Positions 44,015 through 54,560 are shown, counted from the first letter of the stretch. The stretch: DNA of 64,000 nucleotides from an uncultured Spirochaetota bacterium (GCA_963768055.1 CAVYGN010000001.1:672001-736000), one strand, 5' to 3'. Notes: a model not told the origin generated them from the sequence alone. Numbers and translations are program-made.

Positions 44015-44548
44015 ATGGAAAATATTTATAATTGTATCAAAGATTTATTTATACCTGGAGCAGCAATTATAATATCAATTTTTTCATTAAGTTATTCGTT
44101 AATTTATTCAAAAAAGAGTTTAGAAAACTCTATTTTATCTGATTTACTTGAAAATTATAGATCTGAAAAAATGGGTATATATATAAAACGTTTATGGGAT
44201 TATTATCATGCTTGCAAAGGTGAAGATGAAAATAAATATGAAATTAATTTACAAAATAAATATAAAAATGATTATAAATTATTAAAGAATTCCCAAAATA
44301 ATAAAGAAGATCATATACACTATATAAGACGATATGTATCACAGTATTTTCTATTAGTATCTATTTATTATAAAAATAGACATTTACCAATAAAAATTAT
44401 AAAACAAATATGGACTTCAGATGATCTGTTGATATTAGAAAAAATAATAATACCAATAGATATAATAATACCAGAATTATTTGGAAATAAACGAATAGAT
44501 AAAAAAATAGAATTAATAAAAATATTTTATAACGATTTAAAAAAATAA
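44015..44548 (+). CDS. Hypothetical protein with N-terminal TM helix
   Basis: Very AT-rich 177 aa ORF followed by an attC-like hairpin. Confidence 0.55.
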   Translation: MENIYNCIKDLFIPGAAIIISIFSLSYSLIYSKKSLENSILSDLLENYRSEKMGIYIKRLWDYYHACKGEDENKYEINLQNKYKNDYKLLKNSQNNKEDHIHYIRRYVSQYFLLVSIYYKNRHLPIKIIKQIWTSDDLLILEKIIIPIDIIIPELFGNKRIDKKIELIKIFYNDLKK

Positions 44549-44715
44549 AATACACACAGTATTAATTCATATAACATAGGTTATACACTGTGGTGCTCAC
44601 CACCAACGGTGGTTTATGTTAAGGGTGGCTGTGCTCCTCGCTGAAATTGCTTTCCCTCCCCCATCTTTCATTTCCCCTTCATATCTTACGATAATTAATT
44701 CAATAATAATAGGAG

Positions 44716-45660
44716 TTGCCAGTGGTAAACCCGGACAATCAGATAAAATCTGAAACATCCCCATCTAATATTCCGGATAAAGATAAACCGGTTTGGTATC
44801 TTGCATATGGAAGTAATATTAATCATGATAGATTTTTAACTTACATAAAAGGTGGGAAATATCCCCTTTGGGGTAATAAAGAAGACCCATGTTTAAATAC
44901 AACTTCACCATCAGATAATAAATTATGGAAATTCAAGCATAAAGTATATTTTGGAGCTAAAAAAGGAGTCGCTTTTATTGAAAACGAAGAACAAGAAGAA
45001 GAAAAATATTTAGGAAGAATTTGGAAAATCACTAAAGGTCAATTTGATGAAATTCATGGAAAAGAAGGAAATTTGTATAAAGGTGAACCAATACCTATAG
45101 GAATATATGATGATGGTATTGATATAAAAACATTTACAACAAAAGACGAGTCAAAGATAATTATAAAAAAACCAGATCCTAATTATATAATAACAATAGC
45201 TATTGGTTTAAATGAAATCGGATTATCTGTTAATGAAATTATTGAATATTTGTTTACCCTCGGAGTAATTGAAGGTGAGTATTCTTTTGATGAATTAAAG
45301 AAAGAAATGGAAAAATACAATGAGCCATTAAATCACAAAAATAATTTAAAGGAGATGAAGATTATGCCAGGTAAAAGAAAAAGTGCAGAAGAAAGGGTAA
45401 AAGAACTTCAGCAGAAAATTAAAGACATTAAAGCAGCAGAACTATTAAAAGGAAAAAAGGAAGATAAGAAGTGGATCAAGATTGACCCAAAAATCGGATC
45501 ATTTGTAAGAAAAGCATTTCAAAACAATTTCGAGGGAATGACCCTTGATAATCTGAAAGCTGAAATAAAGAAGATAATTGAACCGAGGAAGCCTGGTGCA
45601 AAGAGAGGGCGGAAACCAGGCGTAAAGAAAGCAGAAGGGGAAGCTGAACAGACACAGTAA
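44716..45660 (+). CDS. Gamma-glutamylcyclotransferase-like domain fused to a basic C-terminal module
   Basis: 'WYLAYGSN'; internal AAGGAG (45349) and ATG (45364) 'MPGKRKSAEERV...KKAEGEAEQTQ'. Confidence 0.55.
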   Translation: MPVVNPDNQIKSETSPSNIPDKDKPVWYLAYGSNINHDRFLTYIKGGKYPLWGNKEDPCLNTTSPSDNKLWKFKHKVYFGAKKGVAFIENEEQEEEKYLGRIWKITKGQFDEIHGKEGNLYKGEPIPIGIYDDGIDIKTFTTKDESKIIIKKPDPNYIITIAIGLNEIGLSVNEIIEYLFTLGVIEGEYSFDELKKEMEKYNEPLNHKNNLKEMKIMPGKRKSAEERVKELQQKIKDIKAAELLKGKKEDKKWIKIDPKIGSFVRKAFQNNFEGMTLDNLKAEIKKIIEPRKPGAKRGRKPGVKKAEGEAEQTQ

Positions 45661-45726
45661 GTGGAATAAGGGAATATAATAAGCAGGCTGACTGGTATGT
45701 TTCTTTAAATATCTAAGGAGTTTTAA

Positions 45727-46398
45727 ATGGATGCTGAAGAAAAAGCAAAATTAGAATTTGAAAATTGTATTAAACTAAGAAATTTTGAAATAGATAATTT
45801 TTGGAAAAGGAGTTGGTTTTTCGGAGCATTAATAATTGCATTATATACATTGTATTTTAAATTATCTGGTGATATTTATCAATCCTATAAAATTTATGTT
45901 TCTTTTATAATTGTTGCAGTCACAATTTGCCAAAGTTTAATAAATAGAGGTAGTAAATATTGGCAAGAAAGATGGGAATTTAAAACCAAAAATAAAGAAT
46001 CTCAACTTGGGATTGATGTTACACTTACAGAAGGATACAGTAAAAACGAAAAATCATTAATTGAACACTGTATTAGACAAAAAGATGAAAATATTTTTTC
46101 AAGTGCACGCAGATTTTCAGTTTCAAAATTAACAATTTTAGTCTGTGATATTATTGCTATATCCTCTATATTTATTTGGCTTAATGAAGTAATCAAATTA
46201 TTAAATATAAAATTATTCTGGGATTTTCTAATAACTCATTGGAAAATTGTTTTGTTTCATTTAGGAATAATGCTTTATATCTTTTTTTTCTGGTTTAATG
46301 GAAAAGTTTGGGAACCATTAAGCAAAATAAATAATAAAAAAGATCTCAAAGAGTGTGATGACTATACACATAACCAAAATAAAGAAAATTATCTATAA
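45727..46398 (+). CDS. Membrane protein resembling the RipA-type octameric membrane family
   Basis: 'LRNFEIDNFWKRSWFF', 'GSKYWQERWE', 'FSVSKL'. Confidence 0.45.
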   Translation: MDAEEKAKLEFENCIKLRNFEIDNFWKRSWFFGALIIALYTLYFKLSGDIYQSYKIYVSFIIVAVTICQSLINRGSKYWQERWEFKTKNKESQLGIDVTLTEGYSKNEKSLIEHCIRQKDENIFSSARRFSVSKLTILVCDIIAISSIFIWLNEVIKLLNIKLFWDFLITHWKIVLFHLGIMLYIFFFWFNGKVWEPLSKINNKKDLKECDDYTHNQNKENYL

Positions 46399-46489
46399 TT
46401 TTATTAAGAAGTCTATCATCTACCCTTGACTTTTCTTTACCCCCTTCCCCCTTTATTATATAATACCCTATCACAGAGCGAGGTTTATT

Positions 46490-46758
46490 ATGGCTAAAAG
46501 TGCTCTTACAAAACTTGATCTTGTTGAGCTGGTTCTTGCAGATTCCGAGATCAAAGAAAGCAGATTATCCAGGAAAGAAATCTCAACTATAATTTCCAAA
46601 TTCATAGAAAAACTGAAGGGCTCTATTGAAAAACTGGGAGCTGGAGGCTTAGGCACATTCGGTGTTAAGCGTTTAAATTATATTACAAACATGAAGCAAA
46701 GGAAAGCTTATAGAAAATGCTTTAAAAGAAATGGGAGTTTTATCAAATATATGACATT
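46490..46758 (+). pseudogene. HU/IHF-like DNA-binding protein remnant
   Basis: 'LTKLDLVELV...LSRKEISTII...GLGTFGVK'; the RNPxTG arm is missing. Confidence 0.55.
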
Positions 46759-49292
46759 TGTCGAGGACCGGGTAGATTCCCCAGTGGCAGGGCCATGAGA
46801 TTCCCCACCTTTTCCTGAAAAATACCGTTCTTGATTTTAGAGAGAAATCATAAAACTTTCAAATAGTTTTCCCTTCCTTCCGGAAAGATTTTCCATCTTT
46901 GGATTTTACCAGGATTTTAATTGAGCCTGAAACAAGGCGGTCAAGCATAGCCCCTCCAATCACAGGATCAGGGAAGATTGCCAGCCAGTCCTCCGGAGGC
47001 CGGTTGCTTGTCAGAATAATGGACCTGTTTCCAAGCCTTTCATCGACAATCCGGTATAGGTATTCCGTTTCTTCATTGTCGAGTTTTTTAAATCCGAAAT
47101 CGTCTATTATCAGGAGGTCTGTTTTAATACACTTTCTGAATAGAGTATTCTTAAACATAAGCTTTTCGCTTTTCAAGTCTTCAAGAAGAACCGCGGCTTT
47201 CTTGAAAAGAACTGTGTTTCCTCTTCTGCAGGCCTCATGGCCGACTGATTTTGCAATGCATGTTTTACCTATGCCGGGAGGCCCGGCGATGACAACAAAC
47301 TGTCTCATATCCATGAAACGGCAGGACGCGATTTCACGAATAAGCCTTGAAGGGATAGCGCTTTCATTGAAATTAAAATCAAACCCCTCGAAAGTGTTTT
47401 CCTGGCCGAACTTCGCTTCTCTCAGCCTCTTTTTGAGCATGTTATTATCCCTCTGGCATAATTCATCCTGAACTAACAAAGAGAAAAATTCTCCATAGTC
47501 CAGGTTTGATTCTTGAGCCTCCCTGATCCGCATAGGAAGGTTGAATAGCATCCCAGGAAGCTTTAACCTCCTTAAGTTTGCCTCAAGCTGATTCTGATGT
47601 TCCATATTTCCTCCTCATTATCTCTATTGAAAGTAATAGCTGCCGTCCCTGGTCATTTCAGACCCTTCTTCTGAAATTTCAAACAGGGTGTCCTATTTAT
47701 CCTTTCCTTCATTTTCCATCCAGCTTTTGAATAGTTTGGGATCGGTTATTTTTGCCGATATTGCTCTTTCACAGACTTTATTAAAGTATTCTTCTTTCGA
47801 GAATGTTTCCATTACACTTAAGAACCCCAGGGCCCTCCGGCAATTCAGATTAGCATGAACAGCAAGGATTTGAAAGATCAACTGGTATGCGGCTTCTCCG
47901 TATTTCCTCGACTGGTCTAATAAATACTTGGGGTATCCCCCGGATAGCATCTCCCTTGTATTCTCCGGAAAATCAGTCTTTTCATATGCTGCATGTCCTC
48001 TTGGTACGACAAATTCCCGGATAAGTTTGTACTGGAAGAAGATCTTCACTAAATTGCCGGTTCTCCTGACAAAGACTTCCTCTCCACGATACCTGGGAGG
48101 CAGGGAATACCTCTTTTTCTCGAACTGGACAAATTGGTCCGGGTGTACCTTGGCCTTTTTCCATACGGGAGTCTTAAACCTTTCTTCAGGAAGCTTCTTA
48201 AGCAGGGGCTTCTCTATCGTTTCAAATACCTCTATTGGTTTCAAACCTGTTGTTCCATGGTTCCTCATCCCGTATTCATACCTGCACCATTCCAGAGCTT
48301 TGATGTTTAATTCCTTTAACGAGGCTCCGGGATTAAGGGCTTTAAGTTTTCTGAAAAGCTCTCTGGCAACAGGGACCATTCTCTCTATCTTGGCTTTATC
48401 CTTTGGTTTCCTTACCCTGCAAGGATCAAGAAAAGTATTGTAATACTCCGCATAATCAGCATATGCCTGATTATATTTAGGATCGTAAAGGTCCGGTGAT
48501 ATGATGCCGGTTTTCAGATTGTCCAGGGATATTCTTACAGGCACACCGCCGTAAAACTCCAGCATATCCACATTGCTTTCAACGAATGATTCCTGGTTTT
48601 GTGAATAGACATATTGAACAAATGGCAGCCTTGAACTCGACATTATTCCGATAAAAGACTGCACGATCTTGTTGTGCCCCAGGTATTCCATTGTGCCGGC
48701 CCTGCCGTAGTCAAGCTGGATCTCCTGACCAGGGTTAGTTTCAATCCGGATGGTTTCCTTTAATTCTTTAGCTGTAAGGCCGCTCTTTATCGAGAATCTC
48801 TTGAAACTTGTATAGCTTATGTCCAGATTATGCCTTATACAGACAACTTCAAAGGCTGTCTTGGGTTTCATTCCGTTTTTCGGGTCATTTATGAGCCCGT
48901 ACAGCTCATCTTTATATCGTTCAAGTATGCTTTGCCTTATTTTCATTTTTTGGAGGCCCTACAAAGGGGCGTTTCAGATGGAATTCTTCCCGGCTTATTG
49001 TTTCTCCCGCCTTTTCAAAGCCGTAATCGATAATTTTTTGAATCGCTAGTCGGACTGTTTTCCTATCCCTGTTTTCCTGTTCGGAAATTTCACTTATGCT
49101 TTGATCGGCTTTCCATCGTCTGTAAATGTCATAGTAATCCTGTTCGTTCATAAATCTGTACCCCATCCATTCCCCTCCGGTTTTTTCCGGAGAGTATGTT
49201 TGATTTTTTAGATTCTGAACAGGAAAAGGTGGGTGGGGAATCTCATGGCCCTATTTTGCCTTTTTACTGGGGAATCTGGGTGGCCCCGGACA
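46759..49292 (-). mobile_element. IS21-family element B (istB 46859-47605; istA 47693-49166 split by a frameshift)
   Basis: IRs TGTCGAGGACCGGGTAGATTCCCCAGT and TGTCCGGGGCCACCCAGATTCCCCAGT; 5-bp target duplication ACATT; frameshift at the T6 run 48946-48951. Confidence 0.92.
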
Positions 49293-49311
49293 ACATTAAG
49301 GAAATCTATAT

Positions 49312-51946
49312 ATGAATGGTAGTTATTTGTTTGTAACTCCTATTGAAAATCTTGTTTTTGATGATGATTTTAAGAAAAAGGAAATTAATATTGGGGATGT
49401 ATTATTTGTTAAAAGAAAACGATTACCTTATATTAGAAAACGTCTTGGTCTTAAAAAAACATTTAGTAAAATGACCTGGTTAAAAAAAGCAAATAGTGAT
49501 TTTCTAAAAAAAGCAGATGTTTATGCACTTATTCATTATACCGGTGATCCTCAAATAGTAGAATACAAATTCATAAAAAATATTCAGGAAGCCTTAAATA
49601 TTCTTTCATTTTCACAGTTAGGGTATTCAAAAAGACGCTCCACTTCAATACCAACAGTTTGGGGCATAAAAGATTTGTTTGGATATCATTATATGTCAAT
49701 CAATTTAGCAGATCCAAATCGGTTTTTGTCAAGGGAGTTGTCGCTTTTATTTTACGCCGCAACCAACGATTCCTTGTTAGTCTTACTCGGGTTTAAAAAT
49801 ACCGATTCTATCCGTTCCCATTTTTTAGATTCTCCTGACCATCTTTCAGGATGTCTGCTTTTTGCAGCCGCATAAGTTTCCGCTCTCTTCAGGAGTATCG
49901 CCTTATCTTTACCTTCATGTCTCTGTGCTGGTGTGACATATCCGATCCCTGAATGAAGATGTTTATTATTATACCAGTCTACAAAATTTTGCATCCATAT
50001 TTCTACCGATTCCATTGTCTCGAAATTGCCTGGGTATTTCACATTATATTTCAATGTTTTAAACAATGATTCTGAGTAAGGGTTATCGTTACTTACACTC
50101 GGCCTTGAAAACGACGGCATAACCTGTAACCTCTGCAAGGTCGCTAACATCGTAGCCCCTTTCATAGGAGAACCATTATCAGAATGTAAATACAAGCCTT
50201 TCAAATCAATGGTTTCTCCGATCTCTGCCACCATTCTTGCGGCATGATCAGAGCTTTCCTCCTCGTGCATTTTCCAGCCGACTATCTTACGGCTCCAGAC
50301 ATCTTCGATCATATAGAGGTAGAAATACTTACCTTTTATATGACTGGATATATATGTAATATCCCAACTCCATACCTGATTAGGACCCGTCGCTTCCAGT
50401 TCTCTTGGCGTTTTCCTTGCCGTTTTCGGCTTCGTTTCGTATCTATGGTGCAGCAAATCATTGTCCTTTAAAACGCGGTAAAAAGATGATTCTGATGCTA
50501 TATACCGACCTTCCTCTGCCAGCATGGGCACTATTTCATTCGGCGTCATATCTCTAAATCTCTCGCTGCAACAGCAGGAGATGATCTCCTCCCTTTCTTC
50601 GGCCGACAGGGCATTTGAAGGCATTACATTTCTCAATTTTCTTCTGTCTCCCTCAAGATTTTTATTCCAGCGCTGTATGGTCCTTATATCATAGCCAGAT
50701 TCTTCACAAGCCTTATCCCTGCTGGCCCCTGTCGTAACAGCCTCATTAATCAAGGCACAGATATCTATGCGTATATCCAATGGAGTTAATCTTCCTCGAT
50801 CCCGAACAGCTTGTTCAGTTTTTTTTTAAGCACCAGCAGAGAAGTAACCTCGGCTATAGTTTTATCCTTACGGTTAATTTCTTTTTCTAACTCTATGATT
50901 TTTGCTTTCAAACCCTTGTTTTCTTCTCTGTATGAGTTATTAGATATCACTGATAAACACTCCTGTTTCCAGAGTTCGATATGAGTCGACTGGAGACCAT
51001 TTTTTCTCAACCACTGTCCTAACTCTTCTCCCGATTGGCTTGCTGCGTCTACTACCGCCTGATATTTATCAGATAATTTCCAGCCTCTCGGGCTTCTATC
51101 CTGGAATCCTCTGGATACATTATTCTGGATCATTTTCCTCCAGTTGTAAAGGGTTTGTTCACATACTCCTATTTCCTGGCTCAGTTCAGATACTGTTTTT
51201 CCTCCTGGCATACACATCTTTTGAACGATAGATTTCCTGAATTCCTCTGAACGAATTTGACTATTCATTTTTTGTCTCCTAATATTTTAGGCGACAACTA
51301 TCCTAACACACGGGGAAATTCATTACCTGGTTATAAATTATTTGGAACTTTTGAACCAATGAGATTGAATTTATGGTGGTCAAAATATCAATCGAGGCAT
51401 TATTTTTTTAAGTTATTAAATATTATTAATAATAATATTAATATAAAATTATCATCTGAATGGTGTAATACAATTAAGAGAGCTTCAATATTAGTTGGAA
51501 GAAGTATTAGTTCAAAAGATATTAGCTACGCATTTCTTCAAAATATGATCGTAATTGAAATGCTTTTAACAGAACAAGGGGATAAATATTCTGATGTTTT
51601 ACCAGAGAGAATTGAAAGTTTTATAGGTTGGACTGGATACTGGAAAACAAATGATTATAGTAATAAAATTAAGTATCTTTATAAATTGAGATGTGAAATT
51701 GTACATGATGGAAAATATGACAATATAAAAGTTGAAGATTTATTATTCAGTGATGAAATTATTTTTAATTTATTTAATAACATGATTAGAAATATAAATA
51801 TTTTCAAATCAAAAAAGGATTTAATTTCATTTTCAAAGAAGGTTCAAGCAGAACATATTCTTGGAATTAATAGTAAAGTAAGACCCAAAACTTTAAGTTT
51901 TACTCAAAAATCATATGATAAAAAAGATCTTGAAGAGATAATATAG
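49312..51946 (+). pseudogene. HEPN-domain (ApeA-like) protein interrupted by IS3 copy 3
   Basis: In-frame after IS removal ('ADPN|SLPGY', 344 aa); RxxxxH motif 'LYKLRCEIVHDG'. Confidence 0.7.
49720..51315 (-). mobile_element. IS3-family element, copy 3
   Basis: Same translated ORFs; target duplication AAAT. Confidence 0.95.
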
Positions 51947-51982
51947 AAATCTTATTCAAAAATTATAGTGTAAATTAAATTA

Positions 51983-52012
51983 TCGGGGAACTTCTTGATT
52001 AGGGTTCCCCGA
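51983..52012 (+). terminator. Hairpin, probable intrinsic terminator
   Basis: TCGGGGAAC...GTTCCCCGA downstream of the HEPN gene. Confidence 0.55.
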
Positions 52013-52021
52013 AATTTTATA

Positions 52022-52050
52022 TTGACAGATTATATAAAATGTCGTAAAAT
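52022..52050 (+). promoter_or_regulatory. Sigma70-like promoter reading out of the island across att
   Basis: TTGACA-17 bp-TAAAAT. Confidence 0.6.
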
Positions 52051-52055
52051 AGGGT

Positions 52056-52295
52056 GTACTAAATTCGTACCATTTTAGTACCACTATTTTGATAAAATAC
52101 CAATGGTATTCTGCTAAGTGTCCTTTGTATTTGTAGTAATATCAATGGGTTGGGGATTTTGGAAATTATTTTATCCGATCCACCCCCGACCAATGGTTTT
52201 TTCGATTAGGCTAATCTTAACTCATTCCATCCAAATACTTTAGCAAAATACCATCCAGGCTTTCTTAATAAGTAGTACCACTTTAGTACCACTTC
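52056..52295 (+). repeat. att junction: GTAC(C/T)A arrays on both sides of the tRNA-Tyr 3' duplicate
   Basis: Hexamers at 52056, 52067, 52078; core 52178-52192; hexamers at 52275, 52286. Confidence 0.7.
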
Positions 52296-52601
52296 AGTAA
52301 TGCCAGCATATCATAATTGCATGTATAATATGGAAATAGATTGACACTCGATATTTTGTAGAAGTAGTGTCAGCAAATGTCAATAATGAGTGCCAGTTCT
52401 CCCCTAATTTTGTCCGGAATGTGTGGGGCATGCTCCACACTTATTGAAGTGCCTTGAATGTCCCGAATTCCTGCCGACAATTCTTAGTCTGGCAATTTTT
52501 GATAAATCTGTGGGACAGGATTAGAATTATGATAAGTGTATTAATTCTGTATGTGTTAATGTTCTTTTCTATTATTTCAAATATGTTGATGAGATAAAAA
52601 A

Positions 52602-52895
52602 ATGGATTATAAGTTTGATGACAGACGGAGAGATGTAAGGAAACCTCTTCTATTGGATGCTGAATATGAATTAAATGGAACTTTATGTTCGTGTAATATT
52701 GTTGACATATCAGCTCGAGGCATAGGAATGAGAGTAAAAGGATGCCTTATAGTTGGGGATAAAATAAATATAATATTGGATAAAAATAATATTACCGCAA
52801 AAGTAGTCAGGGTAGATGGAAATATTGTCGGAGTGATGTTTGACCAATTATCAAATGAAATGCTGAATTATATCCTGAGTTTAAATACATTATGA
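52602..52895 (+). CDS. PilZ domain protein
   Basis: 'RRRDVR', 'DISARG'. Confidence 0.8.
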   Translation: MDYKFDDRRRDVRKPLLLDAEYELNGTLCSCNIVDISARGIGMRVKGCLIVGDKINIILDKNNITAKVVRVDGNIVGVMFDQLSNEMLNYILSLNTL

Positions 52896-52962
52896 AACTT
52901 ATTATGAAAGTTCTATTGACTAATATCTGGTATAGGGATTAAGATGTTGATAGGAAAAAACT

Positions 52963-53796
52963 ATGAATGTTTTGATTTATACACAATCGAACTATGCCAG
53001 AATTACATTTATCAATGCCTTGTTTCCCGCCGGAATAACTTTATATCAAACAGAGCACTCTGAGACTATAATCAATGATATTCAACGGCATACCCCTGCA
53101 ATAGTTGTTTTGGATGTTATTAAGGAAGATTTTATTATCGTTTTTGAGATCGTAAAACAAATAAAAAACCATCCTTCTGAAGAGGTTAAAAAGACAGGTA
53201 TAATTCTTCTTATCGGCTCTATTGATAAACAAACCATTACATCTGCAATTCAGTTCGGCGTCATTGGATTTATTAAAAGTAATGCCGCAGTTGATTTTGT
53301 TAGCAAATATATTATAGATGCCTATCAAAAGGTTCGAGGGATTCCACCTGAAAGAAAATATATAAGGGTTAAAATCGACCCTAATGATGGGGTTGGTATT
53401 AAATTTCGGTCTCCTGTTAATTCACAGCTTATTATCGGTCAAATAAAAGATATAAGTTTCGGCGGTATCGCTGTCGAATTAGTTGGGGCATTTCCTCCCG
53501 ATTCAATAACTATCGGTTCTGAGATAACAAACATGCAGTTTATTATAGAGGGGAGGGATATATTTATAGATGGAATAGTGGTTGCTTACCAGAAAAATTT
53601 TTGTGCCTTTAGGTTTAAAAATATGACACCAGAAATAAAGGGAACCATTTCTCAGTATATTTTCAAAAAAATATCTGGTATAGGAGAAGATAAAAAAGTT
53701 GGGAATAAAGAAAATGGAAACGGTGATAATTCTGGAAATAAGGATAATCCCCAGGAGCAGGATAAAGATCCGCAGGAACCAAATGGACAACAATGA
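52963..53796 (+). CDS. Receiver-like plus PilZ domain protein
   Basis: N-terminal REC-like fold; 'ERKYIR', 'DISFGG'. Confidence 0.7.
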   Translation: MNVLIYTQSNYARITFINALFPAGITLYQTEHSETIINDIQRHTPAIVVLDVIKEDFIIVFEIVKQIKNHPSEEVKKTGIILLIGSIDKQTITSAIQFGVIGFIKSNAAVDFVSKYIIDAYQKVRGIPPERKYIRVKIDPNDGVGIKFRSPVNSQLIIGQIKDISFGGIAVELVGAFPPDSITIGSEITNMQFIIEGRDIFIDGIVVAYQKNFCAFRFKNMTPEIKGTISQYIFKKISGIGEDKKVGNKENGNGDNSGNKDNPQEQDKDPQEPNGQQ

Positions 53797-53910
53797 ATAA
53801 ATTATTTGCTCTTCCCCCCTCTGCTTTCCCTGCCTGTATATGACTTATAGTTCCGAGTAAGCAAAATAAATGTTGAATAATTCATCCCTGGATGACATAA
53901 TAAAGAATAA

Positions 53911-54441
53911 ATGATTATGGGGGAAAATATGACTGCTAAAGAAAAAGTTGTCGAGATAATGACATATATTATTGTTCCATCTGCCTTTCTGATAATTTCA
54001 CCATTATTAGCTAAATTTCTCGATTATATAATCCTAAAGGCAAATTATTTATTAGCACCTAATTCTGTTATTATATTAATTGGCATCTTCATATCATTGA
54101 TAGGATTATTTTTAGTATTTTGGACTATTTTCTTATTTAAAAAATTCGGGAAAGGAACGCCAAATCCGACTATTCCGCCTAAAGAATTGGTGATTAAAGG
54201 TCCATATAAAATTGTGAGAAATCCGATGGCGCTGGGAGGGGCTATTTTATTACTTGGAGAAGTGATAATTTATTACTCATTATTTTTACTGATACTGTCA
54301 ATATTGTATGTAATTATACTTTATTTTAATGCAATGCTGATTGAAGAACCTGAATTGATTAAAAGATTTGGCAAACCGTATGAACAGTATTTAAAAGAAG
54401 TTCCAAGATTTTTCCCGAAAGTATTTGGTCCGGCAAAATAA
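53911..54441 (+). CDS. Isoprenylcysteine carboxyl methyltransferase family protein
   Basis: 'GKGTP', 'LVIKGPYKIVRNPM', 'EEPEL..RFG..Y..Y...VPRF'. Confidence 0.8.
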   Translation: MIMGENMTAKEKVVEIMTYIIVPSAFLIISPLLAKFLDYIILKANYLLAPNSVIILIGIFISLIGLFLVFWTIFLFKKFGKGTPNPTIPPKELVIKGPYKIVRNPMALGGAILLLGEVIIYYSLFLLILSILYVIILYFNAMLIEEPELIKRFGKPYEQYLKEVPRFFPKVFGPAK

Positions 54442-54560
54442 TTGGCATATTCTATAGTAGTTCTTTACTTGCCTCACATTTTCCAGCATTGCCAGGCAAT
54501 TGAATTTTTGATAAATCGCCAAGAGTGGATAGAATAATAAAAATCAGAAAAGGAGTAATT

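Larger units (their letters stand above)
17863..52192. mobile_element. Decayed genomic island integrated at the tRNA-Tyr 3' end
   Basis: 15-bp direct repeat ATCCACCCCCGACCA at 17863-17877 and 52178-52192; integrase remnant next to the tRNA; GTACCA arrays at both ends. Confidence 0.8.

Noticed and set aside
46899..48443. Long + strand ORFs overlapping istA/istB and similar shadow ORFs elsewhere
   Set aside because: They are antisense to well-supported genes and lack recognisable motifs.
17863..52192. Island as a prophage or ICE
   Set aside because: No recognisable structural, replication, relaxase or T4SS genes are present.
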